NCBI GenBank assembly: GCA_963840035.1
Contig: CAWIXE010000001.1
Span: 96,001-160,000, forward strand
Direction: 5' to 3'
Length of the DNA stretch: 64,000 bases
Origin: a candidate division FCPU426 bacterium
GTDB taxonomy: Bacteria; Oederibacteriota; PGYV01; Palsa-1178
The translations under genes were made by a program, and so were the position numbers. The notes under the pieces were generated by a model. It did not search any database. It was not told the origin of the DNA and worked only from the letters and a program-made list of their open reading frames with translations. This document shows positions 7,513 through 18,100 of the stretch, in pieces (the first letter of the stretch is position 1; every line of letters starts with the position of its first letter).

Positions 7513-10077
7513 TTGATGAAATTTAAAGAGTTTAACGTAGTACCGAACCTGCCGGAGAAGCTCAAACCGCTTTTAAGCCTGGCAAGCAACATATGGTGGG
7601 CATGGGACGCCGAAGCTTTTGGCCTTTTCAGGGACATTGACTCTGACCTGTGGTCCGAGACCTCCCATAACCCTGTAAAACTCCTTTATAACGCGTCACA
7701 GGAGAAGCTCAACCAGCTCGCTGCTGACGAGGGTTTCCTCTTCAGGATAGACAGCGTCATAAAACGCCGCGACCAGTATATTTCCAGGCCGTCGTGGTAC
7801 GACAAAGTAAAAAAATCAATGCCTGACGATTTCCTTATAGCTTACTTTTCAGCGGAATACGGCCTTGCAGAGTGCCTTCCTGTGTATTCAGGCGGCCTTG
7901 GCGTATTATCAGGCGACCATTTAAAGTCAGCCTCTGACCTCGGCCTTCCTTTTATAGCGGTCGGCCTTTTATACGGACAGGGCTATTTCCACCAGTATTT
8001 AACAAGCGAGGGCTGGCAGCAGGAACGCTATGTCAACCACGATTACCACATCGCCCCTATAGCCCTTATTAAGGATAAAAATAACCAGCCTATAATCCTT
8101 TCCATACAAATGCCCCACGCCAATGTAAAATTCCAGCTGTGGAAAGTATCGGTTGGCCGCATATCGCTGTATCTGATGGACACGAACATACCGGAAAACA
8201 CCCCGGCAGACCGCGAGATTACCGCTCTTTTATACGGCGGCGACACGGATATGAGGATCAAACAGGAATACCTTCTTGGCATAGGCGGCATGATAGCTTT
8301 AACCGCCTTGAACCTAAACCCCACGGTAACACACATGAACGAAGGACATTCGGCATTCTTAGCCCTCGAACGCACAAAAATGTTCATGCACAATAAGGGC
8401 ATGTCGTTCGCGGAAGCGCGCGAGGCAGTGGCCGGGTCTTCAATGTTTACCACACACACGCCTGTTCCTGCCGGAAACGACCGCTTTACATATGACGTCA
8501 TGGAAAAATACTTCAAGGCATATGTGGAACAAAATTTAAAGATACCTTTTAACGACTTCTTCAGGATGGGCCGCGTAAACCCGGACGACGAGAACGAAAC
8601 GTTCTGCGTCACCGTACTCGCCCTTAAAATGTCAGACTTTAATAACGGCGTCTCAAAACTCCACGGCCACGTATCGCGCGACATGTGGAAAGACATATGG
8701 AAAGGCGTGCCTTTGGATGAAGTGCCCATCACGCACATCACAAACGGAATCCACATGAATTCCTGGATATCAAAGGAAATGGCTGATTTATTCATGCGCT
8801 ACCTCGGCACGCGCTGGGTTGACGCTCCGGACGACCATACCATCTGGTCAAGGATCAGCGAAATACCCGACACAGAACTTTGGAGGACGCACGAGCGCAG
8901 GAAAGAACGCCTTGTGGCCTTTGTCCGCAGGACGCTGAAGAAATCCCTTAAAGGACGCGGCGCCACAAAGGAAGAGCTCGACAGGACAAACGAGATATTG
9001 AACCCGGAAATACTCACAATAGGTTTTGCCAGAAGGTTTGCCACTTACAAAAGGGGCACGCTTATATTCAGGGACATAGAGCGCATCAAAAAGATACTTT
9101 CAAACAAGGAAATGCCGGTGCAGATCATATTTGCCGGAAAAGCCCACCCCAAGGACAATATGGGCAAGGATTTCATCAAACAGGTATATCAGATAGCCCA
9201 GAAGGAAGAGTTCCGCAACAACATAGTTTTTGTCGAGGACTACGACCTTCACACGGCGCATTACCTGGTACAGGGCGTTGACGTATGGCTCAATAACCCG
9301 ATAAGGCCGCTTGAGGCCTCGGGCACCTCCGGAATGAAAGTAAACTTCAACGGCGGATTGAACTGCTCGATTCTTGACGGCTGGTGGGACGAGAAATCAG
9401 AGGACGACAACGGCTGGAACATAGGCCGCGGCGAGGAATACGAGGACCCGGAATACCGCGACAGCGTGGAAGCCAGCCAGTTATATGACATCCTCGAAAC
9501 AGACATGGTCCCGCTTTATTACAAGCGCGGCAAAGACGGCCTCCCGCATGACTGGGTCAAGAAAATGAAGACCTCCATGCAGACTCTCTGCCCTGTTTTC
9601 AACACCAACAGGATGGTCATGGAATACACGGAAAAGTTCTACATCCCGGGCGGACAGCAGTTTTTCAACCTCTCGGCCAATAACTTTGCCAAGGCAAGGG
9701 GCCTGGCAAAGTGGAAGGAAGAACTGCGCAAGAACTGGAACGGCGTAAAGGTAAACCAGATATCAGCCGAAACAACAGGCGACATAAAAGTAGGCACTTC
9801 CATAAAAGTGCAGGCCATGATAGACGGCTCATGGTTAAAACACGAGGACCTGCTTGTGGAGATATACTACGGCTACTCAAGGGGCAAGAAAGACCTGGAA
9901 TGCACGGCAGCCGTAAAGATGGAATACAAAGGCAACAGGGACAAGGATTTCATCTTTGAAGGCTTGATAAAAACAGAAGCCTCCGGAACGATAAACTACA
10001 CAGTAAGGGTCCTCCCGAAAAACGGGGACCTAAACGTAAAGTTCCAGCCAAACATGATAAAGTGGAGTGAAGTATAA
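7513..10077 (+). CDS. glgP: Alpha-glucan (glycogen/maltodextrin) phosphorylase
   Basis: YSGGLGVLSGDHLKSASDLG, FARRFATYKR, EASGTSGMK (PLP lysine); AGGAGG RBS. Confidence 0.95.
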   Translation: MMKFKEFNVVPNLPEKLKPLLSLASNIWWAWDAEAFGLFRDIDSDLWSETSHNPVKLLYNASQEKLNQLAADEGFLFRIDSVIKRRDQYISRPSWYDKVKKSMPDDFLIAYFSAEYGLAECLPVYSGGLGVLSGDHLKSASDLGLPFIAVGLLYGQGYFHQYLTSEGWQQERYVNHDYHIAPIALIKDKNNQPIILSIQMPHANVKFQLWKVSVGRISLYLMDTNIPENTPADREITALLYGGDTDMRIKQEYLLGIGGMIALTALNLNPTVTHMNEGHSAFLALERTKMFMHNKGMSFAEAREAVAGSSMFTTHTPVPAGNDRFTYDVMEKYFKAYVEQNLKIPFNDFFRMGRVNPDDENETFCVTVLALKMSDFNNGVSKLHGHVSRDMWKDIWKGVPLDEVPITHITNGIHMNSWISKEMADLFMRYLGTRWVDAPDDHTIWSRISEIPDTELWRTHERRKERLVAFVRRTLKKSLKGRGATKEELDRTNEILNPEILTIGFARRFATYKRGTLIFRDIERIKKILSNKEMPVQIIFAGKAHPKDNMGKDFIKQVYQIAQKEEFRNNIVFVEDYDLHTAHYLVQGVDVWLNNPIRPLEASGTSGMKVNFNGGLNCSILDGWWDEKSEDDNGWNIGRGEEYEDPEYRDSVEASQLYDILETDMVPLYYKRGKDGLPHDWVKKMKTSMQTLCPVFNTNRMVMEYTEKFYIPGGQQFFNLSANNFAKARGLAKWKEELRKNWNGVKVNQISAETTGDIKVGTSIKVQAMIDGSWLKHEDLLVEIYYGYSRGKKDLECTAAVKMEYKGNRDKDFIFEGLIKTEASGTINYTVRVLPKNGDLNVKFQPNMIKWSEV

Positions 10078-10085
10078 TAAAAGGT

Positions 10086-10137
10086 TCACCTACCTCTCCC
10101 CTCCCCTTATTCCATAAGGGGAGGGTCAGGGTGGGGA
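10086..10137. repeat. CCCTCTCCC/GGGAGAGGG-type palindromic repeat (related copies ~11303-11390, 18489-18600, 37255-37292, 40318-40342, 55053-55095)
   Basis: Recurrent C-run/G-run hairpins in intergenic DNA. Confidence 0.7.
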
Positions 10138-10236
10138 TCAAGGTTTAAGACTTAAGGTCTAAGTTCTAAAATCTAAGGATAAGAATAAGGGTAAGGGTTA
10201 AGGAAGGTCAGAATCTAACGTCGGAGGGGAAAACAC

Positions 10237-10620
10237 ATGGCAATGCGCTCACCTAAGGAAATGAAAATGCACGATACCATCATCAGATCGCTGGCCGGAA
10301 TTTATGAATCAAAGAACGCCCAGCAGGTCATGACAAACCTGGAAAAACAGGACGCGGTCATCAAAGGTGTCTCCGTTGACGTGATAGTAAAAAATCCCAT
10401 CACCTACATCTTCAAAGTGGAAACCGACACCTCGGTCACCGAGGGAGAAGCCATAGCCTGGAAAGGCATTTCAGACCAGCTGGGCACATTCTTCCTGCTG
10501 ATCCCGGAGCCGCTGAAAGCGGAAGCAAACAGGATCCTGGCAAAAGTGGGCCTTAAAAACGTAAGGCTGTGCTACTACAAAATAGCGGACAACAAACTGA
10601 AGTTCATAAACCTGCCGTAA
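10237..10620 (+). CDS. Hypothetical protein (127 aa), anchor of a cassette array
   Basis: GGAGGG RBS, host-like codons, terminator; its duplicated 3' ends show mostly synonymous changes, which supports coding status. Confidence 0.85.
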   Translation: MAMRSPKEMKMHDTIIRSLAGIYESKNAQQVMTNLEKQDAVIKGVSVDVIVKNPITYIFKVETDTSVTEGEAIAWKGISDQLGTFFLLIPEPLKAEANRILAKVGLKNVRLCYYKIADNKLKFINLP

Positions 10621-10637
10621 TCAAAACCTAATATGCC

Positions 10638-10666
10638 AAAGGCCGCGTGATAACGCGGCCTTTTTT
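10638..10666. terminator. Intrinsic terminator (copies at 11722-11750 and 13179-13208)
   Basis: AAAGGCCGCG-TGATAA-CGCGGCCTTTTTT. Confidence 0.85.
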
Positions 10667-10865
10667 GTTACCTGCGCCTTTTAACTTGTAGGGGTGATTC
10701 ATGTATCACTCGTTTTAAAACACCGACGAAATACCACCCTAAAAAATATAACTCTTTGAAATTATTATTTTGCAGATTTGCTATTTAAAACATAAAAAGT
10801 ACCTGTTAAAAAAAATAATCGCTATTGTTACTCCAAGATTCCAAGCCATTATAGTTTTGATTTCT

Positions 10866-11150
10866 TCATTCGATGACGATAAATCCTGCATGGCTAAATA
10901 TGAATTGTATTTTTAGCCCGGCTTTTCCTCTAATTATGGCGAATTCGCCATAATTAGAATCAGGGTTATTTATACTCTCCCAAATGCCTAAAAACTCCAC
11001 TGTATTCCTGTTCCTTAACCAATCGGATATAAAAAAATCACCTTCTTTGGCTCTTAACATGTCTGTAAGCGATATATAATCCTCATTGCCGGATTTAATA
11101 ATTGATATTTTAACGCCTTTAACCAATATTGTTTTCTTCATTTTCATCAT
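10866..11150 (-). pseudogene. Truncated KilA-N domain DNA-binding protein
   Basis: DYISLTDM..KEGDFFISDWLRNRNTVEFLGIWE..NP..NYGEF is the KilA-N N-terminus; similarity stops after KAGL; AT-rich. Confidence 0.75.
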
Positions 11151-11503
11151 CGCCCCCCTGACATAGGTGTATGCTTTTATGCAAATAATTATACATTATG
11201 TATACTTATTGTCAAGCATATGAGGATTGGGGTTATTGTATATAATCGTGTGTAAATTCATATTCGCTTATATTAAACGTGTTAATTTTCTTCTACCACT
11301 GCTCCCCCTCTCCTCTTAGGAGAGGGGCTGGGGTGAGGTGAAACCAATTGTCTTATTCCCCTCACCCTACCCTCTCCCAAGGGGAGAGGGAAAAAAGAAC
11401 AAAACAATTTACACACAATTCTTGACAATATCAGGATTGGGATTGCGGTAGGTTTGCTTGTTTCAATGATATTTAAACCTAATCCAACATTAAGCCGCAG
11501 CAA

Positions 11504-11650
11504 GCGGCGGCTCTACAAAAATCGGTGTGTGCGGTGGGTGTTTGAACTGTCTATAGTATGCTTGCTTCAATGCCATGAATAAGCGCAGGCCGGTGGAACG
11601 CAGGCCTGCGACTACTAAATCGTTGCCTTCGGGCCGCCACAAAGGCGGAC
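11504..11650. repeat. Partial GTAG-type REPIN/MITE-like element
   Basis: Ends in CGCAGGCCTGCGACTAC; similar to 13283-13450, 14914-15077 and 38486-38682. Confidence 0.75.
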
Positions 11651-11750
11651 CTGTGCTACTACAAGATAGCGGATAACAAACTGAAGTTCATAAACCTCCC
11701 GTAATCAAAACCTAATATACCAAAGGCCGCGTGAAAACGCGGCCTTTTTT
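11651..11750 (+). repeat. Displaced 3' end of the 10237..10620 gene plus terminator (copy 2)
   Basis: Encodes LCYYKIADNKLKFINLP*, identical in protein with synonymous differences. Confidence 0.95.
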
Positions 11751-11752
11751 AT

Positions 11753-12874
11753 TTATTCATACTTCATCACTGTTGCTTTTAAACCCAATGCCCCGTCTCC
11801 GAATATCACATATGGCACTGAATTATAGGTATAGAATCCGACGCTTTCAACACCCGAATGCTCAGCAAAATCCGTCCTGCCCACATCAACCCAGTTGTTG
11901 TTGACAAGCTTCATCACCATTACCCTGCGTATGGTTGTAGTCGTATACCTCTGGGATTCGCCGTAACAGTATAATGTGCCGTTGTCATTAAATATGCCCG
12001 CGTCTGTACCGTTGTATGATATGTCGGATGATATGCCTCTGGCCCCCACATACTGCCATGAACCGCCTTCGTATTTCATGACCGTCATCTTTTGGTCCCC
12101 TGATATCATGTCGGGAAAAGCGACATATGGCACTGTCCCGACAAATGTAAGGTCCGTCATATATGCGACATCCGGCGTAAACCCGGCTGCCCCGATATTT
12201 TGCCATGCTCCGGTAACCAATTTGACCAGTGAGCCGTGGTTGCCCTGCGCCATATCCATAAAGTTCACGTAGGGCACACCCGATTCAAAGGCGAGGGAAG
12301 GATTTCTGGCCCCTGTGATATCAGGCCCCACCTGTGTCCATGAACTCCCGTTAAATGTCATTACCCTGGCTATGTTTGTGGTGTTGTCAGCAAACGCTAC
12401 ATACAATATGTTATTGTCCGCACAAAAAGATACCGCACCTATATCGCCTGTGGCAAACCTCGCTGCTCCGGCTGCGCTCCAAGCTGAGCCGCTGTATTTC
12501 ATAACAGTTACACCGGCCGTGGCCTGGCTCATATCACTGAACGCGACATATATCTCTCCCGAACATTTCAGCAGCTTGGGGAACCTTCCCACGGCAAAAC
12601 CCGATGGACCCAACGCAGCCCATGATGTCCCGTTAAACTCCATTACTGTTACGTTATCGGGAGTCGGCCTCGGAGATGGAAACGAGGAAAAAGCAGCGTA
12701 TATCTGGCCGTTATCAATAAGAAGCGCCGGCGACACATATGTATCCGTGGGTGAAAACCCGGCCGTTCCTACGAGCTTCCAGTCCACAGTGGATAACGGC
12801 GCTGTCGGAATCTTTTTTGAACAAGCGCATAATAAGACCAGCATAACAGCAAATACTAATATTATTTTTTTCAT
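11753..12874 (-). CDS. Lipoprotein with repeated beta-propeller-like blades
   Basis: Lipobox LCAC; about 7 repeats of VMx(F/Y)xGxxWxxVGxxGF. Confidence 0.85.
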   Translation of the reverse strand: MKKIILVFAVMLVLLCACSKKIPTAPLSTVDWKLVGTAGFSPTDTYVSPALLIDNGQIYAAFSSFPSPRPTPDNVTVMEFNGTSWAALGPSGFAVGRFPKLLKCSGEIYVAFSDMSQATAGVTVMKYSGSAWSAAGAARFATGDIGAVSFCADNNILYVAFADNTTNIARVMTFNGSSWTQVGPDITGARNPSLAFESGVPYVNFMDMAQGNHGSLVKLVTGAWQNIGAAGFTPDVAYMTDLTFVGTVPYVAFPDMISGDQKMTVMKYEGGSWQYVGARGISSDISYNGTDAGIFNDNGTLYCYGESQRYTTTTIRRVMVMKLVNNNWVDVGRTDFAEHSGVESVGFYTYNSVPYVIFGDGALGLKATVMKYE

Positions 12875-12901
12875 ATGCCCTCCCTTATATCGTACAATAT
12901 T

Positions 12902-12930
12902 TAGACGCTTTTCCCCTGAAAATCGGTTAC
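12902..12930 (-). promoter_or_regulatory. Candidate ECF promoter GTAACC-N17-CGTCTA
   Basis: AAC/CGT ECF signature; matches GTAAAC-N17-CGTCCA at 41686-41714. Confidence 0.55.
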
Positions 12931-12958
12931 GTAATTATACCACTAATTTGACATATTA

Positions 12959-13208
12959 AAACAGACACCTCAGTCACCGAGGGCAAAGCCATAGCCTGGA
13001 AGTAAGGCATCTCAGACCAGCTCGGCGCATTCTTCCTGCTGGTACCGGAGCCGCTGAAGGCTGAGGCAAACAGGATCCTGACAAAAGTTGGGCTTAAGAA
13101 CGTCATGCTGTGCTGCTACAAGATAGCGGATAACAAACTGAAGTTCATAAATATCCCGTAATCAAAACCTAAAATACCAAAGGCCGCGTGATAATGCGGC
13201 CTTTTTTT
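12959..13208 (+). pseudogene. Displaced 3' half of the 10237..10620 gene plus terminator (copy 3), decayed
   Basis: TDTSVTEGKAIAWK*GISDQLGAFFLLVPEPLKAEANRILTKVGLKNVMLCCYKIADNKLKFINIP*, with an in-frame TAA insertion. Confidence 0.95.
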
Positions 13209-13229
13209 ATTCCTTCTGCCTTTGAATTC

Positions 13230-13491
13230 GTAGGGGCGATTCACGAATCGCCCGCCTTTGAATTTGCTTTTGTATAAATACGGTAGTCGCACCCTCTACG
13301 TACCATCGGGGTGCGTACACGGTTGCGTAGGCTTTCTATATTTTGCTTGCTTCAATACCTTGAATAGGCGCAGGCTGTTCGATACGTATATGGCATGAGA
13401 ATATTATAGGACTCATGACATATACCGGTGGAACGCAGGCCTGCGACTACTAAATCACTGTCTTCGGGCCGACACACAGGTCGGCCCCTAC
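13230..13491. repeat. Cluster of GTAG REP elements
   Basis: GTAGGGGCGATTCACGAATCGCCC; GTAGTCGCA...TGCGACTAC (13283-13450); GGGCCGACACACAGGTCGGCCCCTAC. Confidence 0.85.
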
Positions 13492-13542
13492 AAGGTATTA
13501 ATTGTAAATCTATCTTTCAATATCTGATTGCACATGCTATCT

Positions 13543-14811
13543 CTACGGCTTATTCCATCCTATCCCTACATTGTTGCCAAAAATATCGTGGTATGACACA
13601 TCTATAGAGACTACGCTGCTCCATGCTATGGATTGGTTCGTAAGCGTATGCGACGTGGCTGTTTTGGCAAGCGTTGGAGAATCATACAGCTGATAATACA
13701 CCGGGTTGCCCGTATTTCCCGGGTCCGCGGAAACCGTCAGGAAAACGTCACCTATGACCGCCAGCGGGTCAACTGTGGAGGACCCGTCGCTGAGCTTATA
13801 TTCCCAGGTTATCTTATTTATGGTGCCGTTCCCGTTAAGGTATACGGTCGGAATGGGTATTGCCAGATATTTGACTATATCTGCCTCGCTCGCCACATTG
13901 AATGTGAGGGTTTTTGTCTTATAAGATACCGTATAAACCCCCGCGGGCGGCAGTACGGGCGAGGGAACTGCAGGTGAATAGTATGTCTTCATATAGTCCT
14001 GGGTGCCGGCGTAAAATTCGCTTGATACCGACTCAATTCCCGAACCGGCTGCGCCGCTGAAACCTATAGAGGCGGGAAAGTTCTTGTCCGAGTCGAATAT
14101 TTTAATTCCCAGTCTGTAATAGGCGGGACTTACGGGAGGTGAAAACACAGGCGTAAGACCGGAACCGAAATTTCCCGCGTTCACCGAATACAACATGGTA
14201 TAGGTATAAAACCTGCCATTTACAACGTCCACAACGCCGTCCCCATCCGCGTCCGGCGCTTTAAGGGCCGCGCCCAGAGGGCCGTTGCTGAAAGCATAGG
14301 ACGATATGTCGCCGGCCGTCATGGGTATTTCGTTGCCGATGGGATTATGGCCGGGTTCCACGATCGTTCCGTTGGAAGACAGTGTCTGAAGGTCTATGGA
14401 ATTGGATCCGCTTTCAAGCATGTTCAAAGGCAGTGATTCAACCCCGCTGCCCAGGGTCAGGTATCCGAGATAGCTCCCGCCGTCGCCGATGAATATAAGC
14501 CCCGCTGGCCAGCCTTCCTGAGCGTTCACCTGAAAACCGCCGTTAACAACGTCAAACAAAAGAAAGGAACCGGTGGTTATAACCGCCACCTTTTTTACAA
14601 GCGTATAATCCAGCGCATAAGCGACGGACTCCCCGAGCAGTGAGGCTAAAAATCCGGAGATTGAAATGCCATTAGCGTTGACACCGCCCGTAAAGTTCCC
14701 CTTTATTGTAACGCTGGAACTGTTTGCCCGCGGAGCAGTCGGGGCGTTTTTGCATGACACAAAACAAAGACAGACGCATAAAAAAAACACTGATACAAAT
14801 ATTTTTTTCAT
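13543..14811 (-). CDS. Putative lipoprotein of unknown function
   Basis: Signal ending FVSC then KNAPTAP; DADGDG Ca-binding-like motif; GGGAGG RBS. Confidence 0.8.
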   Translation of the reverse strand: MKKIFVSVFFLCVCLCFVSCKNAPTAPRANSSSVTIKGNFTGGVNANGISISGFLASLLGESVAYALDYTLVKKVAVITTGSFLLFDVVNGGFQVNAQEGWPAGLIFIGDGGSYLGYLTLGSGVESLPLNMLESGSNSIDLQTLSSNGTIVEPGHNPIGNEIPMTAGDISSYAFSNGPLGAALKAPDADGDGVVDVVNGRFYTYTMLYSVNAGNFGSGLTPVFSPPVSPAYYRLGIKIFDSDKNFPASIGFSGAAGSGIESVSSEFYAGTQDYMKTYYSPAVPSPVLPPAGVYTVSYKTKTLTFNVASEADIVKYLAIPIPTVYLNGNGTINKITWEYKLSDGSSTVDPLAVIGDVFLTVSADPGNTGNPVYYQLYDSPTLAKTATSHTLTNQSIAWSSVVSIDVSYHDIFGNNVGIGWNKP

Positions 14812-14913
14812 AATGCCTCCCTTTAGATCTCGAGCATATTATATACCTTTTAATCTGTTATTTCCATAAAGGTTTACAGCCGTAAACTTCGACTGATATG
14901 ATTTTTTTATTTG

Positions 14914-15077
14914 AGCGCGGCGGCTCTACCAAAAGGTGTGTGCGGCGGGTGTTTGAACTGTCAATAGTTTGGCTTCCTTCAATACCTTGAATAGGCGCAG
15001 GCCGTTCGATACGTATATGGCATGAGAATATTATAGGACTCATGACATCTACCGGTGGAGCGCAGGCCTGCGACTAC
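14914..15077. repeat. GTAG-type element, direct repeat of ~13345-13450
   Basis: Shares CTTCAATACCTTGAATAGGCGCAGG..CATGAGAATATTATAGGACTCATG..GCAGGCCTGCGACTAC. Confidence 0.85.
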
Positions 15078-15141
15078 AAAAAAACAAAGCCGCTGCCCCA
15101 ACAGTGTCTTAATTGTAAATCGTAAATTGTAAATAGTAAAT

Positions 15142-18100
15142 TTACTTTAAGAATTCCTCTATCACACCCTCCGCGTCTTTCCTTCCTTCCACCTTTATCT
15201 CCATCTTATTCCCGTTCAGCTTTGCCTTTTTAAAGTTGGCGTTCACGTATTTCCTCGCCTGGTCCACGGGCTTTTCATCCCAGTAAACCACTATCACGCT
15301 TTCTGTGGCCCTTATCTCGTATGCTTTCAGTTTTCTTCCAAGTGACTTTAGCCCGGCTACAAAGACTATGTTCTTAACCTCCTGCGGCAGGTCGCCCCAG
15401 GCGTCTTTCATGTAGGATTCTATTTCCCTTATCTCTTCCATGGTGCGGGCTACGAAGAGCCTTCTGTAGATGCGGAGCTTCTCTCCCGAATCCCAGATGT
15501 AATCTTCGGGTATATACGCCTTAAACTCTGTCTTTATTTTTGTGTCTACTTCATCCTCAAAATCCACGCCTGAGAGGTTCGCGACCGCGGCTTCAAGCAT
15601 TTTGCAGTAGAGCTCAAAGCCTATCTTTTCCATGTTGCCGTGCTGTCTTGTGCCCAACAAATTTCCCGCGCCGCGCAGTTCCATGTCCTTCATGGCTATC
15701 TTAAAGCCCGCTCCCGGGTCTACATAGCTTTCTATGGTGTGAAGCCTTTCCTTTGCTATTCCTGATAAGTATTTTACATCTTTTACCAGCAGGTACGCGT
15801 ATGCCTGCTTGTCGCGCCTGCCTACCCTGCCGCGCAGCTGGTAAAGCTGGGATAAGCCGAACCTGTCTGCCGAGCTTACTATGATGGTATTAACATCCGG
15901 CATATCCAGGCCTGATTCTATGATAGTGGTGGTGATAAGCACGTCGTACTTCCTGTTTAATAAATCCACCATTATCTTTTCCAGCGCTTCCTTTTTCATC
16001 CTGCCGTGTGCCACGCGGAAACGTATCTCAGGCAGCGCCTCCTGAAGCATTTCCTTTGTCTTAAATATTGTGGTGATGTTGTTGTGGACGTAAAAAACCT
16101 GGCCCTTGCGCAGCACTTCCCTGAGTATTATTTCCTTTATGGTCTTTATCTTTTCCTCCGCCACATATGTTTCTATGGTCCTTTTATTCGGCGGCGGCGT
16201 GACTATCGTCGAGATATTCCTGATTCCTGACATGGCAAAGTAAAGCGTCCTGGGTATAGGAGTGGCCGTTAAGGTCAACACGTCAGCCTTAGGATATTTA
16301 TCGCGGAGGAATTCCTTATTCTTAACGCCAAAGTGCTGCTCTTCATCTATAATTACCAGCCCGGCATCCTTAAAATCAATCCTGGCGCTTAGGACCGCGC
16401 TTGTGCCTATCAATATGTCCACCCTGCCGCTTTTTATGCCGGCTAACGCCTCTTCCTTTTCCTTCGCGCTTATCAGCCTTGATATCATCCTTATGGTTAT
16501 GGGATAATCCGCCATTCTCTCCTTAAATGTAAAGAAATGCTGCTGCGCAAGAAGCGTTGTTGCGGTTAATACAAGAACCTGTTTGCCGGCGTTAACCGCC
16601 TTAAACGCCGCGCGCATGGCTACTTCTGTTTTTCCGAAACCGGCATCGCCGCACACCAGCCTGTCCATAGGCTTTGGCATCATCATGTCGCGCTTTACGT
16701 CTTCAATAGCTTTATCCTGGTCCTCTGTTTCCTCATGTATAAAAGCCTCTTCAAAGGCCAGCTGTTCTTTGTCATCGGCAGGATATTTTATGCCGCCTGC
16801 CACTTCGCGCTTTGCGAATATCTTCAGGAGCTCTTCCGCCATTAATGCCAGCTGTTTTCTTATCTCTTCCTTTGTCCTTTTCCAAGACCCGCCGCCTAAC
16901 TTTGAAAGCGATGGATTTCCTTCGCCCCCGATATACTTATCAATCATTGCTATCTTATAAATCGGGATGTATAGCTTGTCGTCCCCGGCATAACGCAGGT
17001 ATATGAAATCTGAGTTTGTGTCGTCTATGTCCATGGTCTTTATGCCTTCAAAAACGCCTATGCCATGCTCGCGGTGCACCACAAAATCCTTTTCCTTGAG
17101 TTCCATATAATGTTTGATTGGCTTTAAATTCTTTTCCTTGCGCCTTACCGCGACCTTTCCCTTATACCTTTCAAATATCTCCCTGTTGGATATGAAGGAA
17201 AGCCTGATATCAGGCAGCACGCAGCCTGAGTATGTATTCGCGTTTATGAATTTGGTGTTTTTAAACAGGTTTACCTTGTGAAGTTTGTCATATTCCTCCA
17301 CGGTTTCTTTCAGGTGTTTTGTCTCGCCGTCATTGTCGGATATGATGTAATTCTTATAACCCTTTTCCTCAAGATCGTTTAAATATTGAAAAAATACCTT
17401 TACATCCCTTTTAAACGGAGGATTTGACTGTATCTTAAAGCGTATGCCCTTTAAATTTTTCATTACGGAATAAGTCTTTAGCTTCTGAAAAAGCGCGAGC
17501 TTCCTGAATATAGCCGGCAGCTTGAATATGTTTTCCTTAACTTCCTCGCTTTCTATATACCTCTCCACCTTGTTTATCTTGTCTATTATCTCGGCTTTCA
17601 GCGCGTCCACTTCGTCCATAATTACAAGAGTCTTAAACGGAGCGAAATAGTCAATAATCGACGAGGTCTCGCCTTTATTCTTGCTGCCCGGGTTAAAAAG
17701 CAGCAGTTCCACCTTTTCTATGTGCTTTGTCGTTGAGTAGGTGTCCAGCGAAAAGAAGCGCAGCGACTCTATGGTGTCCCCGAAGAGCTCGATCCTTACC
17801 GGATAATCATGACCCGGCAGGAATATGTCAATGATGCTTCCCCTGATGGAGTACTGGAAAACGTTCTCGACCTTTAACACCCGCTCATACCTGTTTTCCG
17901 CGAGCATTTCAGATATCTTATCGGGATTTAAAGTATCTCCCTTTTTTAGTATCAGGTTTAAGTGCTTTACCTTGTCCGGGCCCGGTATCTTTTCAACAAG
18001 CGCGTTAATGTCAGTTATCACTATCTTGCGCCCTTTTTTAAGCAGCCCTTCATACACTTTTGCGCGCGACTTGGATATCTCGGCTGATGCCTGTATGGAA

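Noticed and set aside
10620..15140. Integron or CRISPR array
   Set aside because: No intI or cas genes, no attC-like sites recognised, no constant repeat-spacer period
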